Below, piece after piece: positions 16,673 to 25,286 of a stretch of 64,000 bases of DNA (position 1 is its first letter; each line of letters opens with the position of its first letter). Source of the stretch: Dehalococcoidia bacterium (lineage in GTDB: Bacteria > Chloroflexota > Dehalococcoidia > Lucifugimonadales > UBA3495). The stretch covers positions 1,414,646 to 1,478,645 of the forward strand of contig CBDFLG010000001.1 of the NCBI GenBank assembly GCA_965249065.1, read 5' to 3'. The notes under the pieces were generated by a model. The model made no database searches. It had not been told where the DNA came from and saw nothing but the letters and a program-made list of their open reading frames with translations. Made by a program: the position numbers and the translations under genes.

Positions 16673-16963
16673 CTAGATTAGCAGCCGGTTCCAGAAATTT
16701 CTTACGTCAAGAGTCTGATTGATTCCGAGCACCAGGATCACGATGGCCCCAGCAACCACGAGCAGGGCAAAGGCGGTCAGGGGAATCTTCAACTTGGAGG
16801 CGCTGGGGGGCAGATGGCCGGTCATCACCGCCGACGGGATGAGAGCATGGGCGGTGAGCATAGTGACAGCAATGATGATTACCAGTGGAAAGTAAATCCA
16901 AAACCACTGCAAGAAGAGGTGGATGTTATGCCAGTCGGCGCTGCTTAATGCTTTGGGATCCAT
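16673..16963 (-). CDS. small two-TM membrane protein heading the Act-like operon
   Basis: ORF 16673-17125 trimmed to ATG 16963 because the upstream part overlaps a promoter-like site. 96 aa with two clear hydrophobic helices. No strong SD. Confidence 0.45.
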   Translation of the reverse strand: MDPKALSSADWHNIHLFLQWFWIYFPLVIIIAVTMLTAHALIPSAVMTGHLPPSASKLKIPLTAFALLVVAGAIVILVLGINQTLDVRNFWNRLLI

Positions 16964-17096
16964 GGATAACCGTTCATCTTGAGTTTGCTGAAGGGTTCCA
17001 GTCTGCCTGCCAGTCCCTGACAAAACTTGTCCCCGCTTTGGCGGGGATTGCAGGCCCGAATCCCGTTGCAAAGGACGGCGGGCCAAAACCGAGTGA

Positions 17097-17125
17097 AAAA
17101 TATCACACACTCTTGGGAGTGTCAA
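17097..17125 (-). promoter_or_regulatory. sigma70-like promoter TTGACA-17-TATTTT facing the Act-like operon
   Basis: Minus strand reads cTTGACActcccaagagtgtgtgaTATTTTtc. The -35 is at 17125-17120 and the -10 at 17102-17097. Confidence 0.5.
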
Positions 17126-17220
17126 GCAGATTCAGCTTACGATTGCCGGGAACGGGGCCGCGCGCGCCCGAACCGGCTCGCTGCTTTTGCGCCGTAGGAC
17201 GGGCCGTCCCGCCCTGCGAG

Positions 17221-17384
17221 CGCAGCCCCGTGATGCGCTGGAACGAGCCATGTTGATGACACGACGCATAGGAGCGCAGCCCCCGTGATGCGCTGGAACG
17301 CGCCATGTTGGGAACACGACGCATAGGAGCGCAGCCCCCGTGATGCGCTGGAACGCGCCATGTTGATGACACGACGCATAGGAG
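17221..17384. repeat. three tandem copies of a 54/55-bp unit
   Basis: Units at 17221-17274, 17275-17329 and 17330-17384 read cgcagcccccgtgatgcgctggaacgcgccatgttgatgacacgacgcataggag with a few substitutions. The period is not a multiple of 3, so the array is non-coding. It lies in the divergent region between the Act-like operon and the hpaB-like gene. Confidence 0.9.
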
Positions 17385-17468
17385 CTGCGGGCTATCCATT
17401 CCCGTTGTCATCGGCCACAATAGGGAGGACACACAGGTGGTGAGCTTGTTGAACCAGGAGGACTCGCC

Positions 17469-18956
17469 ATGCCGGTTAGGAACGGGCAGCAGTACATCCA
17501 GAGACTGAGAGAGAGGCCTCCGGCCCTCTATATGCGGGGCGAGCGGGTTAAGGACGCCACCAATCATCCGGGACTGAGCGGCGGGGTGAAGACGGTGGCG
17601 CGGCTTTACGACCTCCAGCACGGCGCGGTGGCGGGGCCGGAGATGACCTACGCCTCGCCCAGCAGCGGAGAGCAGGTGGGGCTGTCGTTCATCACACCGA
17701 AAAGCGCCGCAGACTTGGACGCCCGCCGCAAAATGATGCGGCGATGGGCGCAGGTCTCGTGCGGGATGATGGGACGGACGCCGGACTTCCTCAACGTCAG
17801 CCTGATGGCGATGGCCGCCGCCGGGGACTATTTCGGGGAGGACAGGCCGGAGTTCAAGCAGAACATCCGCAACTACTACGAGAAGGTGCGCGAGGAAGAC
17901 CTGGTGCTGACCCATACGCTGGTCAACCTCCAGCGCAACCGGGCGCCGGTCGTGAGCTTGCCGAACGGTTCGACAGGCTCAGGACGGACGGATTCTCTGG
18001 CGGATAACACCGACATCGCGCTGTCGGTGGTCAAGGAGACCGACGCGGGCATCGTGGTGCATGGGGCGCGGCTGCTGGCGACCCTGCCCATCTCTGACGA
18101 AATCGCAGTGTACCCGGCGCGGTCGCACCGGCTGCCTACGGGGGCGCCGGGGCGGACGTCCTTCGCCTTCGCCCTGCCCTGCGACGCGCCGGGGCTGAAG
18201 TTCCTCTGCCGGGAGAGCGTGGACCTGGGGCGCTCGCGGTTCGACCATCCGCTGGGTTCGCGGTTCGAGGAGATGGACGCCCTGGCCTTCTTCGACAATG
18301 TGTTCGTGCCGTGGGAGCGGGTGTTCCTGCTGGGCGACCCGGAACGCTGCAACAATATGTCGCGGCGGACGCATCAATACCTGCATTCGGGGCATCAGGT
18401 GGTCACCAAGAACGTGGTCAAGCTGGAGTTCATATTGGGGCTGGCCAACCTGATGCAGCAGGTGCTCGGCTCGGGGCAGCAGCCGCAGATGCTCCAGATG
18501 ACGGCGGAAATCATCGAGGGCCTAGAGACCACCAAGGCGCTGCTGCGGGCGGCGGAGGCCGACGCCGCGCCCGACGAGTGGGGCGTGCTGTGTCCGGCTG
18601 AGATGCCGCTGACCGTGGCCCGGCACCTGTTCATCAGGATGTACCCGCGCATGGGCGAGATACTGCAACTGATGGGATCCAGCAGCCTGATGGCCCTGCC
18701 GACAGAGGCCGACCTCAAGGGGCCGCTGGCCGGGGAACTGGCGAACTACCTAGACACCGACACGGCCACCGCGGAGGACCGGGTGCGGTTGTTCCGGCTG
18801 GCTTGGGATACTTGTTGCAGCGCCTTCGGCTCGCGGCAGATTCTCTACGAGCGCTTCTTCCAAGGGGACGTGAACCGCAACGTGGTGCTGCTCAACAGCC
18901 TTTACGACAAGGAACCGGCGACGGCGTTCGTGAGGGAGTTCCTGGACGGGGAGTAA
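17469..18956 (+). CDS. HpaB-family flavin-dependent monooxygenase, oxygenase component (4-hydroxyphenylacetate 3-hydroxylase-like)
   Basis: N terminus MPVRNGQQYIQRLRERPPALYMRGERVKDATNHP...ARLYDLQH matches the HpaB-family pattern. 495 aa. AGGAGG SD. Confidence 0.8.
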   Translation: MPVRNGQQYIQRLRERPPALYMRGERVKDATNHPGLSGGVKTVARLYDLQHGAVAGPEMTYASPSSGEQVGLSFITPKSAADLDARRKMMRRWAQVSCGMMGRTPDFLNVSLMAMAAAGDYFGEDRPEFKQNIRNYYEKVREEDLVLTHTLVNLQRNRAPVVSLPNGSTGSGRTDSLADNTDIALSVVKETDAGIVVHGARLLATLPISDEIAVYPARSHRLPTGAPGRTSFAFALPCDAPGLKFLCRESVDLGRSRFDHPLGSRFEEMDALAFFDNVFVPWERVFLLGDPERCNNMSRRTHQYLHSGHQVVTKNVVKLEFILGLANLMQQVLGSGQQPQMLQMTAEIIEGLETTKALLRAAEADAAPDEWGVLCPAEMPLTVARHLFIRMYPRMGEILQLMGSSSLMALPTEADLKGPLAGELANYLDTDTATAEDRVRLFRLAWDTCCSAFGSRQILYERFFQGDVNRNVVLLNSLYDKEPATAFVREFLDGE

Positions 18957-18987
18957 CCGGAGATAGAGAGCTGGTAGAGAACAGTAG

Positions 18988-19013
18988 CAGGGGCGCACAG
19001 CCGTGCGCCCCTG
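18988..19013. terminator. hairpin caggggcgcac-agcc-gtgcgcccctg between convergent genes
   Basis: 11-bp GC stem followed by cgtgtttcc on the plus strand. Same REP family as 1131-1158 and the flanks of the MITE-like element. Confidence 0.55.
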
Positions 19014-19047
19014 CGTGTTTCCAAGTTTGCGTGTTCCCAGTGGTTAA

Positions 19048-20481
19048 TCAGCCGTCGCCGTCGCCGCCTGCGGGCGCCGGGGCAGCATACGGCGGGGGCG
19101 CAACGTGGCGCGCGGGTTGCTGGCGCGCCTCGTCGGGCAGTTCGTTCTCCCAGTCAGGTATCAGCACGTTCGAGTTGCTGTCCAGCAGGGCGATTACCAG
19201 CACGCCGCCGAGGCTGAAGGCCATGGACAGGCCGAGGATGGCAGCGTAGGAGCCGGTGGCGTAAAGCACCAAGCCAGCCAGGGAGGTGGCGACGAAGTGG
19301 CCCATCAGCGCGCCGGTGGTCTGCCAGCCGTAGACTGTGCCCATCGGCCCGTCGCCGTAATACTGGCGGTTGATGATGAGATAGCCCGTCCACTCGCCGC
19401 CGAAGCCTATTCCGAAGGTGACTGCGAACAGATAGAAGACCCATACATCCTGAGCCCAGAACAGGATGAGCACGGTGAGGCCCTGGATGGTGAGGCTCAA
19501 GGCCATCATGCGGCGGGTGCCATAGATTTCGGCCAGCACGGGAGTGACAAACCGGGAGATGATGCTCACCAGGGATATGACGGCCAGGATAAACCCTGCC
19601 GAAACCAGGCTGGAGAATACTCCCCGTTCCAGGGCGAGCAGTGCGACGTATATGATGATGATGCCGTGTCCGGCGCAGCCCATGCCGTGAATCAGGGGGA
19701 GGTTCCAGAAGGGCTTGGTGCGGCGGATGTGCTGGTTGAAGACCTTGATGCGCAACTGCTCCAGCCCCTTTCCAAGGCGCGCGCTTGTCGCCTCTCCGGG
19801 CCGGGTCCCGTAGGGCTCGATGCCCAAATCGGAAGGTCGGTTGCGCATCAGCGGCACCAGGCAGAGCATGGCGATGCCGCCAGTCAGGCCGATGATGAGG
19901 AAAGTATTCTGCCAATTCAGGGTCTCGATGAGATAACCGGCAAGGGGGGCGAAGGCCGCAGTGCCGATGCCGCCCGCGGCCCACAGGATGCCGATTCCCA
20001 ACCCCAGGCGGCGGCGGAACCAGCCGCTCACCGAGGCCATCAGCGGCACCATCCCCAGCGATTGGGTCAGCGAGAGCAACACGCCAAAGAACAGGAAGAA
20101 GTGCCAGACTTCGCTGATTTGGCTCAGTAGAATCATACTGATCAGATACATCACAGCCGCCGCCGCGAGCATGATGCGCGAGCCGAAGCGGTCGCCCAGC
20201 CAGCCGGTGAAGGGGGCGTAGATTGCTCCGAATCCGTAATAGGCGGCGATGCCCAGGCCAATGAGGCTTTTATTCCACCCAAAGTCGCCTTCGGGGTCGG
20301 ACAGCGGCGGCACCATGATGCCGGCAGCCATACTGATGGAGCTGGCGAAAATCTGCACCGTTGCCAGGATGGCGATTACGATCCAGCTATAGTGAAAGGG
20401 GAGCCGCGCCGCCAAACCTCTGGCCTGGGACGCGGCATGAGGAACTTCCTCGGACGGGACTCCTGGGCGCCTTCTCAACAT
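19048..20481 (-). CDS. MFS transporter
   Basis: About 12 predicted TM helices, MFS-like loop GWLGDRFGSR. Start set to ATG 20481; the track start 20559 is also possible. Confidence 0.8.
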   Translation of the reverse strand: MLRRRPGVPSEEVPHAASQARGLAARLPFHYSWIVIAILATVQIFASSISMAAGIMVPPLSDPEGDFGWNKSLIGLGIAAYYGFGAIYAPFTGWLGDRFGSRIMLAAAAVMYLISMILLSQISEVWHFFLFFGVLLSLTQSLGMVPLMASVSGWFRRRLGLGIGILWAAGGIGTAAFAPLAGYLIETLNWQNTFLIIGLTGGIAMLCLVPLMRNRPSDLGIEPYGTRPGEATSARLGKGLEQLRIKVFNQHIRRTKPFWNLPLIHGMGCAGHGIIIIYVALLALERGVFSSLVSAGFILAVISLVSIISRFVTPVLAEIYGTRRMMALSLTIQGLTVLILFWAQDVWVFYLFAVTFGIGFGGEWTGYLIINRQYYGDGPMGTVYGWQTTGALMGHFVATSLAGLVLYATGSYAAILGLSMAFSLGGVLVIALLDSNSNVLIPDWENELPDEARQQPARHVAPPPYAAPAPAGGDGDG

Positions 20482-20774
20482 ATCTTTCCGTTCAGGGGCG
20501 GCCCCGGCAGCAACCCATGATGGGCTGAACGCCGGTTCGCAGCAGGATGGGCGCCTCATTATAACCCCAACCAGAGATTCCTGCTGACGGGACTATGCCG
20601 GCCCAAAGCAATCGCGTCCTCCCTCTCCCTCAAGGGAGGGGAGACACCCCCCTGATAGTGAAATGCCCCTGGAAAGCAACAGCAATCTTGTGTTAATCCC
20701 GGCCCAATCCCGAAAGGATGTCGTTATAGTAAGAGATTGATGGTAAATTGGCGCCACCAAGGTAGCGGGGTTTA

Positions 20775-21725
20775 ATGCAGCGATTCAGACGTGCGGAAAT
20801 GGGCCCCCTGGAAACGGAATTCGCCTTCCAGAAATCGGTTCTGTATCACGACGATTGTATTGCCTGGGTCGAGCGGCAGCCGGAATGCTCCATTCAGGCC
20901 GTAGTCACCGATCCACCCTATGGCCTTTACGAATACACGGAAGAGCAGCAAACGAAACTGCGGGCCGGTAAAGGGGGAGTCTGGCGAATCCCGCCTTCGT
21001 TCGATGGCAACGCCCGGTCTCCGCTGCCCCGGTTCACCACGCTGGACAAGCAACAACTGGTGGAAATCGGCGACTTCTTTTCTGTGTGGGCCAATGTGTT
21101 GCTGCCGGTTTTGACGCCCGGCGCTAATGTGATAGTGGCTTCCAACCCCTTGGTATCTCATATTGTCGCAACGGCTCTGGCGCAATCGGGGCTGGAGCGG
21201 CGAGGCGAAATCATCCGCTTGACCATGACCATGCGAGGCGGCGATCGGCCCAAGGGCGCGCATGAAGAGTTTAGGGAAGTAAGCGTGATGCCCAGGTCAA
21301 TGTGGGAGCCGTGGCTGGTCTTTAGGAAGCCATTGGAGGGGCGGGTTCAGGATAACTTGAGGAAGTGGGGAACTGGCGGTTTCCGGCGTCCCAAGCCGGA
21401 TAAGCCCTTCGGCGATGTAATACCTTCAGTTCCCACCCGGTCACCGGAAAGGGAGCTTGCGCCGCACCCCAGCCTAAAGCCTCAAGCTTTTCTGCGGCAG
21501 GTAGTTCGAGGGGTTCTGCCGCTTGGCGAGGGCGTGATTCTCGATCCGTTTGCCGGGTCGGGTTCAACTCTCGCCGCCGCCAACGCCGTCGGTTACAGCA
21601 GCACAGGAATTGAAAAGGACCGTAGTTACTTTCTGCTGGGAAGAGAGGCGATTCCGAAGCTGACCCGGTTCGTCGCTAATGGGGTGGGCGAAGGCGATAC
21701 ACCCAGTTTTCTCGAAGTTTTCTGA
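20775..21725 (+). CDS. type II DNA methyltransferase, beta-class amino-methyltransferase (N6-adenine or N4-cytosine)
   Basis: Motif IV VVTDPPYGL lies near the N terminus and motif I ILDPFAGSGST near the C terminus, which is the circular-permuted beta order. The local GC looks lower than in the flanks. Confidence 0.85.
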   Translation: MQRFRRAEMGPLETEFAFQKSVLYHDDCIAWVERQPECSIQAVVTDPPYGLYEYTEEQQTKLRAGKGGVWRIPPSFDGNARSPLPRFTTLDKQQLVEIGDFFSVWANVLLPVLTPGANVIVASNPLVSHIVATALAQSGLERRGEIIRLTMTMRGGDRPKGAHEEFREVSVMPRSMWEPWLVFRKPLEGRVQDNLRKWGTGGFRRPKPDKPFGDVIPSVPTRSPERELAPHPSLKPQAFLRQVVRGVLPLGEGVILDPFAGSGSTLAAANAVGYSSTGIEKDRSYFLLGREAIPKLTRFVANGVGEGDTPSFLEVF

Positions 21726-21787
21726 TTCCGTCGCGGTGCAGCGTGGCGGTTCTGGTTCCGAGCTCCCCACGCGGATTCCGGCGAAAA

Positions 21788-22255
21788 TCATCTAGCGTTA
21801 CTTGCCCCAGATAGACTTCGGTGGGCGTTGTCAACTCCATAGACAAACACGCACATCCACTGATTTCTAGCCCCGTGAGTGTCCACCGCCCCACCCCGGT
21901 TGCGCGTCGTCTTGACTTCGATTCCCTGTTCTCCCGACCTGACTGAATTATTTGGATACACTCCCTGCAATACCAAGTCGGGATGTCCATTGAAATACTG
22001 GTTCTCCACCAGCGTTCGGGAGTGCCGGGCCAAGCTGGATGTGAGCATATCCGACAGTACGCCCGACATTATTGCCGGGCGCAGCATATCGTCCAGCCGC
22101 TGGAGTCCCCTGGCCGTCAGGTGTTCGTTCACGTCGAAGAAGAAATCGTAGACGTCGGTTAACGCCAGGCTGAAATCGTCAACCCGCAACTGATAGGGGA
22201 GTTCCAATTCATAATTGAAGCCATCCGGGTTGACGGCATTCCTAACTATTGGCAT
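21788..22255 (-). CDS. candidate PD-(D/E)xK restriction endonuclease, possibly frameshifted near 21825-21830
   Basis: GHPDLVLQGV...GIEVKTT fits PD...ExK. The gene is convergent with the methyltransferase. After VFVYGVDNA a protein-like continuation (TEVYLGQVTLDDFRRNPRGELGTRTATLHRDGIRKLRENWVY) runs in the +1 frame down to 21676. Confidence 0.5.
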   Translation of the reverse strand: MPIVRNAVNPDGFNYELELPYQLRVDDFSLALTDVYDFFFDVNEHLTARGLQRLDDMLRPAIMSGVLSDMLTSSLARHSRTLVENQYFNGHPDLVLQGVYPNNSVRSGEQGIEVKTTRNRGGAVDTHGARNQWMCVFVYGVDNAHRSLSGASNAR

Positions 22256-22330
22256 GGCCCGAAGTCCAGGTTATTCAATATATGACGGCAACGCGAACGG
22301 CCCAGTGAAGTGCACCAACCCCGCCGCGCG

Positions 22331-22645
22331 CTAACTGGCGACTGCGGCGGCCTCCAGCACGTTCTCGACCACCTTGACCTCGATCTTGGCGATGTGGCTG
22401 GTGGGCTTGTCGGCTAGGGCTTTGCGCTCGTCGGAAGCGAAGTAGGCTGCTTCCTTATCCGCGATTTCCTCGGCGCTGTTGAAGTTGCGAACCCAGATGA
22501 ATTCGTTGCGGTCTGCATTGACCCAAGTGGCGGAAATGGGCATCCCGATTTTGTCGTGAATCGGCCGGATTTCCTCGTCGAACACCTTGAGCCACGAGTC
22601 CATCATGCCCCGGTTAATGGTGTAAGTCCGCAGTTGAGCAACCAT
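22331..22645 (-). CDS. NIPSNAP-like small alpha+beta protein
   Basis: ORF 22331-22951 trimmed to ATG 22645. The 104-aa sequence MVAQLRTYTINRGMMDSWLKVFDEEIRPIHDKIG...NEFIWVRNFNSAEE fits the family. The upstream part of the track ORF overlaps the enolase-family gene and is Arg/Gly/Pro-rich. Confidence 0.6.
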   Translation of the reverse strand: MVAQLRTYTINRGMMDSWLKVFDEEIRPIHDKIGMPISATWVNADRNEFIWVRNFNSAEEIADKEAAYFASDERKALADKPTSHIAKIEVKVVENVLEAAAVAS

Positions 22646-22704
22646 TTCTCGTCCTCTCAATTTGCAATTTGGAAAATCGTCTTCGTGCTTCGGGTGGCGT
22701 TTGG

Positions 22705-23805
22705 TTACGCCACCGCGTACCGCCGCAGCGCGTCCTGGTCGAAGGCCAGACCCAAGCCGGGTTTGTCGGGAACCTCCAGGCAGCCGTCTACGAAGCTGGG
22801 GGTTTCTTCCCAGAGGAGCAGCGACCAAGGCATATACTCCACCGTCAGGCCGTTGGGGATGGAGGCCATCAGTTGGATGTGTACCTCCGGCACCAAATGG
22901 CTGACTACCGGCAGGTTGAACGCCTCGGCCATCGCCGCCACCTTGCGCCAAGGGGTGATGCCGCCTACACGCAGCAAATCAATCATTACGATGTCCACCG
23001 AGCGGTTTTCAATCATCTGGCGGAAGGGATTGACGCCGTAGACGTACTCGCCCGCCGCGATGGGGGTGTAGAGCGCGTCGGCCACCTTGGCCATTCCCTG
23101 ATAGTCGTCGTGGGCCACCACGTCCTCCAGCCAGAAGAGGTGATAGTCCTCGACGCGGCGGCCCACGTCTATGGCGCGGTTGACGCTCCACAACTGATTG
23201 ATGTCGCACATCAGGTCAATGTCGTCGCCCACAGCGTCGCGCAGGGTTCGGATGCGGTTCACCTCGCGGTTGGCCGACGCCTCGGCGCCCATCTGGGTCT
23301 TCATCTGGCGGAAACCCTTCTCCACCAGCATCGGGCCGATTTCGGCCAGCCGCTCGACGTTGACCGGACGCATCAGCGCGCCGCTGGCATAGGTGGGTAC
23401 GCGCCGACGGTAGCCGCCCAGCAGCGACGCCACCGACTGCCCCAGCGCCTTGCCCTTGATGTCCCACAGCGCCATGTCCACCGCGGCCAGGGCCATTGTG
23501 ACCAGCCCGCCGGGGCCGGCGCCGGAGGTTGCCTCCTTGAGCCGCTCCACGATGCCCTCGATGTCCATCGGGTCTTCCCCGACGGTCATCTCGGCCAGCG
23601 CGTCAACCGAGGTCCGAAGCGCATTCGCCACCGGACTGGCCGTGAGCGCGGGAACGAAGGTCAGGCCGACTCCCTCAACGCCCTCGTCGGTGGTCATTTC
23701 CAGCGTGACGAAGGCCCGCTGCCGCCCGGTGTCGGGCAGGCTGTTGGCCAGAGGGTCATCGGCGGGAGTGTGCAGGAGGCGAGTCTGAAAACCGGCAATC
23801 TTCAT
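22705..23805 (-). CDS. enolase-superfamily enzyme (mandelate racemase/muconate lactonizing enzyme family)
   Basis: Start set at ATG 23805 (MKIAGFQTRLLH). Typical metal-ligand regions are present: DINQLW, FWLEDV and AAGEY. Confidence 0.85.
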   Translation of the reverse strand: MKIAGFQTRLLHTPADDPLANSLPDTGRQRAFVTLEMTTDEGVEGVGLTFVPALTASPVANALRTSVDALAEMTVGEDPMDIEGIVERLKEATSGAGPGGLVTMALAAVDMALWDIKGKALGQSVASLLGGYRRRVPTYASGALMRPVNVERLAEIGPMLVEKGFRQMKTQMGAEASANREVNRIRTLRDAVGDDIDLMCDINQLWSVNRAIDVGRRVEDYHLFWLEDVVAHDDYQGMAKVADALYTPIAAGEYVYGVNPFRQMIENRSVDIVMIDLLRVGGITPWRKVAAMAEAFNLPVVSHLVPEVHIQLMASIPNGLTVEYMPWSLLLWEETPSFVDGCLEVPDKPGLGLAFDQDALRRYAVA

Positions 23806-23901
23806 AGCGGCGCAACCCCAAATCGGCATCTAGGAATCCGGCCCCATTCTATCACAGCAGGCACTATTCCATAGGGATTGACGGGCCGTTCACCGTAGAG
23901 G

Positions 23902-23924
23902 TATACTATATTGGCTTTAGTATA
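23902..23924. promoter_or_regulatory. candidate PadR operator: inverted repeat TATACTA-N9-TAGTATA
   Basis: A perfect 7-bp inverted repeat lies 25 nt upstream of the padR-like ATG. A third half-site, TTTAGTA, is at 23929-23935. The AT-rich patch also resembles a -10 box. Confidence 0.4.
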
Positions 23925-23948
23925 TGGGGTTTAGTACGAGGAGAGGGC

Positions 23949-24326
23949 ATGAGCGGAATGGAGAGCGAGGAGTATTGGGAGAATTTGGTGAAGAGGAGCC
24001 TTTGCCGCTTCTTGCTCCTGTCCCAGCTTGCCAAGGGGCCGCTCCACGGCTACGGCGTCAACCGGGCCATCAAGGAAGCCTGCCAGGGGTGCTGCGAACC
24101 GACCGAGGCGATGGTGTACTCGACTATGAAAGAGCTCCAGGACCACGGGTACGTTGAGGGCCGGATGGAGGAACATCAGGGCCGCCGCCGCCGCGTCTGC
24201 TGGCTGACTCCGGCGGGCGAGGAAGCCTTTCAGTCCGCCGCCAGAGTGTGGGAGCGGATGCTGCCAGCGGTGCAGGACTGCGTGGCCCAAGCCCTTTCCG
24301 CCGCCCCGTCCGAGGTCAGAGGCTAG
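23949..24326 (+). CDS. PadR-family transcriptional regulator
   Basis: Winged-helix core LLLSQLAKGPLHGYGVNRAIKE...YSTMKELQDHGYVEGRMEE...CWLTPAGEEAF. Confidence 0.8.
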   Translation: MSGMESEEYWENLVKRSLCRFLLLSQLAKGPLHGYGVNRAIKEACQGCCEPTEAMVYSTMKELQDHGYVEGRMEEHQGRRRRVCWLTPAGEEAFQSAARVWERMLPAVQDCVAQALSAAPSEVRG

Positions 24327-24399
24327 AAGGGCAGTACCCTCGCGGATGAGGGGAAGGCTAATCCCAACAGAGACATTGAACAAATTAGGAGGCAAGTCA

Positions 24400-25221
24400 A
24401 TGGTCACCAATCAGAACGAAATAAAAGAACTGGTCCGGGAACGCTACGGAGCGCGGGCGCAGCGGGTTATCGAACTCAGCCCGGTCGTGGAGCATAGCGG
24501 GGAAGAACACGCCGACGGATGCGGCTGCGAGGCCACCACCGCCGGCTGCTGCGGCCCGGAGGACCTGGAACACGCCATGCGGCTGTACTCCGAGGGCCAG
24601 TTGGCCGGGCTGCCCGCCGAGTCCCTAGCCGCCTCCGCCGGCTGCGGCAACCCCACGGCCCTGGCCGGCCTCCGGCCCGGCGAGCGGGTGCTGGACCTAG
24701 GTTCCGGCGGCGGCATAGACTGCTTCCTGGCGGCGCAGCAGGTGGGCGAGAGCGGGCGCGTCACCGGCCTGGATATGACCCCGGCCATGCTGGAACTGGC
24801 CCGCAAGAACCAGGCCAGCCTCGGCCTGACCAATGTCGAGTTCGTTCAGGGCGAGATGGAGGCCATGCCTCTGCCCAGCGACTCCTACGACGTAATCATC
24901 TCCAACTGCGTCGTCTGCCTCTCCCCGGACAAGGATGCCGTGTTCAGCGAGGGCTTCCGGGTGCTGGCCCCCGGCGGGCGCATCCATCTGTCCGACGTGC
25001 TGGCCCTGACGCCCGACGGCCCGGCGGTCACCGACGCCGCCTCGTGGGTCGCCTGCGCTGCCGGCGCGGAATACCATGAGGTCTACATAGACCGCCTGCG
25101 CCGCGCCGGTTTCGAGGGCATCGAAATCAACGGCGAAGGGGTCGAGTTCTGGGACGACTCGGAACGGGCCACCTACACCAACACCGCCAGCTTCAAGGTA
25201 ACGGCGCGCAAACCCGCGTAG
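24400..25221 (+). CDS. ArsM-like SAM-dependent methyltransferase (arsenite methyltransferase family)
   Basis: Start at ATG 24400 with AGGAGG upstream. SAM motif [11 protein letters not shown], conserved Cys clusters (GCGCE, CCGPE, GCGNP), and the ISNCV motif. Confidence 0.75.
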   Translation: MVTNQNEIKELVRERYGARAQRVIELSPVVEHSGEEHADGCGCEATTAGCCGPEDLEHAMRLYSEGQLAGLPAESLAASAGCGNPTALAGLRPGERVLDLGSGGGIDCFLAAQQVGESGRVTGLDMTPAMLELARKNQASLGLTNVEFVQGEMEAMPLPSDSYDVIISNCVVCLSPDKDAVFSEGFRVLAPGGRIHLSDVLALTPDGPAVTDAASWVACAAGAEYHEVYIDRLRRAGFEGIEINGEGVEFWDDSERATYTNTASFKVTARKPA

Positions 25222-25226
25222 TCATT

Positions 25227-25265
25227 CCCGTAAATTGGGCCCGTAAATTGGGCCCGTCAATTGGG
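25227..25265. repeat. 3 x 13-bp tandem repeat cccgtaaattggg
   Basis: Copies at 25227-25239, 25240-25252 and 25253-25265; the third carries one substitution. Located between convergent genes. Confidence 0.8.
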
Positions 25266-25286
25266 CGCGCCGCCACTGCCCTGTCG

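Noticed and set aside
17221-17384. The 55-bp tandem repeats as a CRISPR array.
   Set aside because: The units abut one another directly with no unique spacers. There are only three copies and no cas genes nearby.
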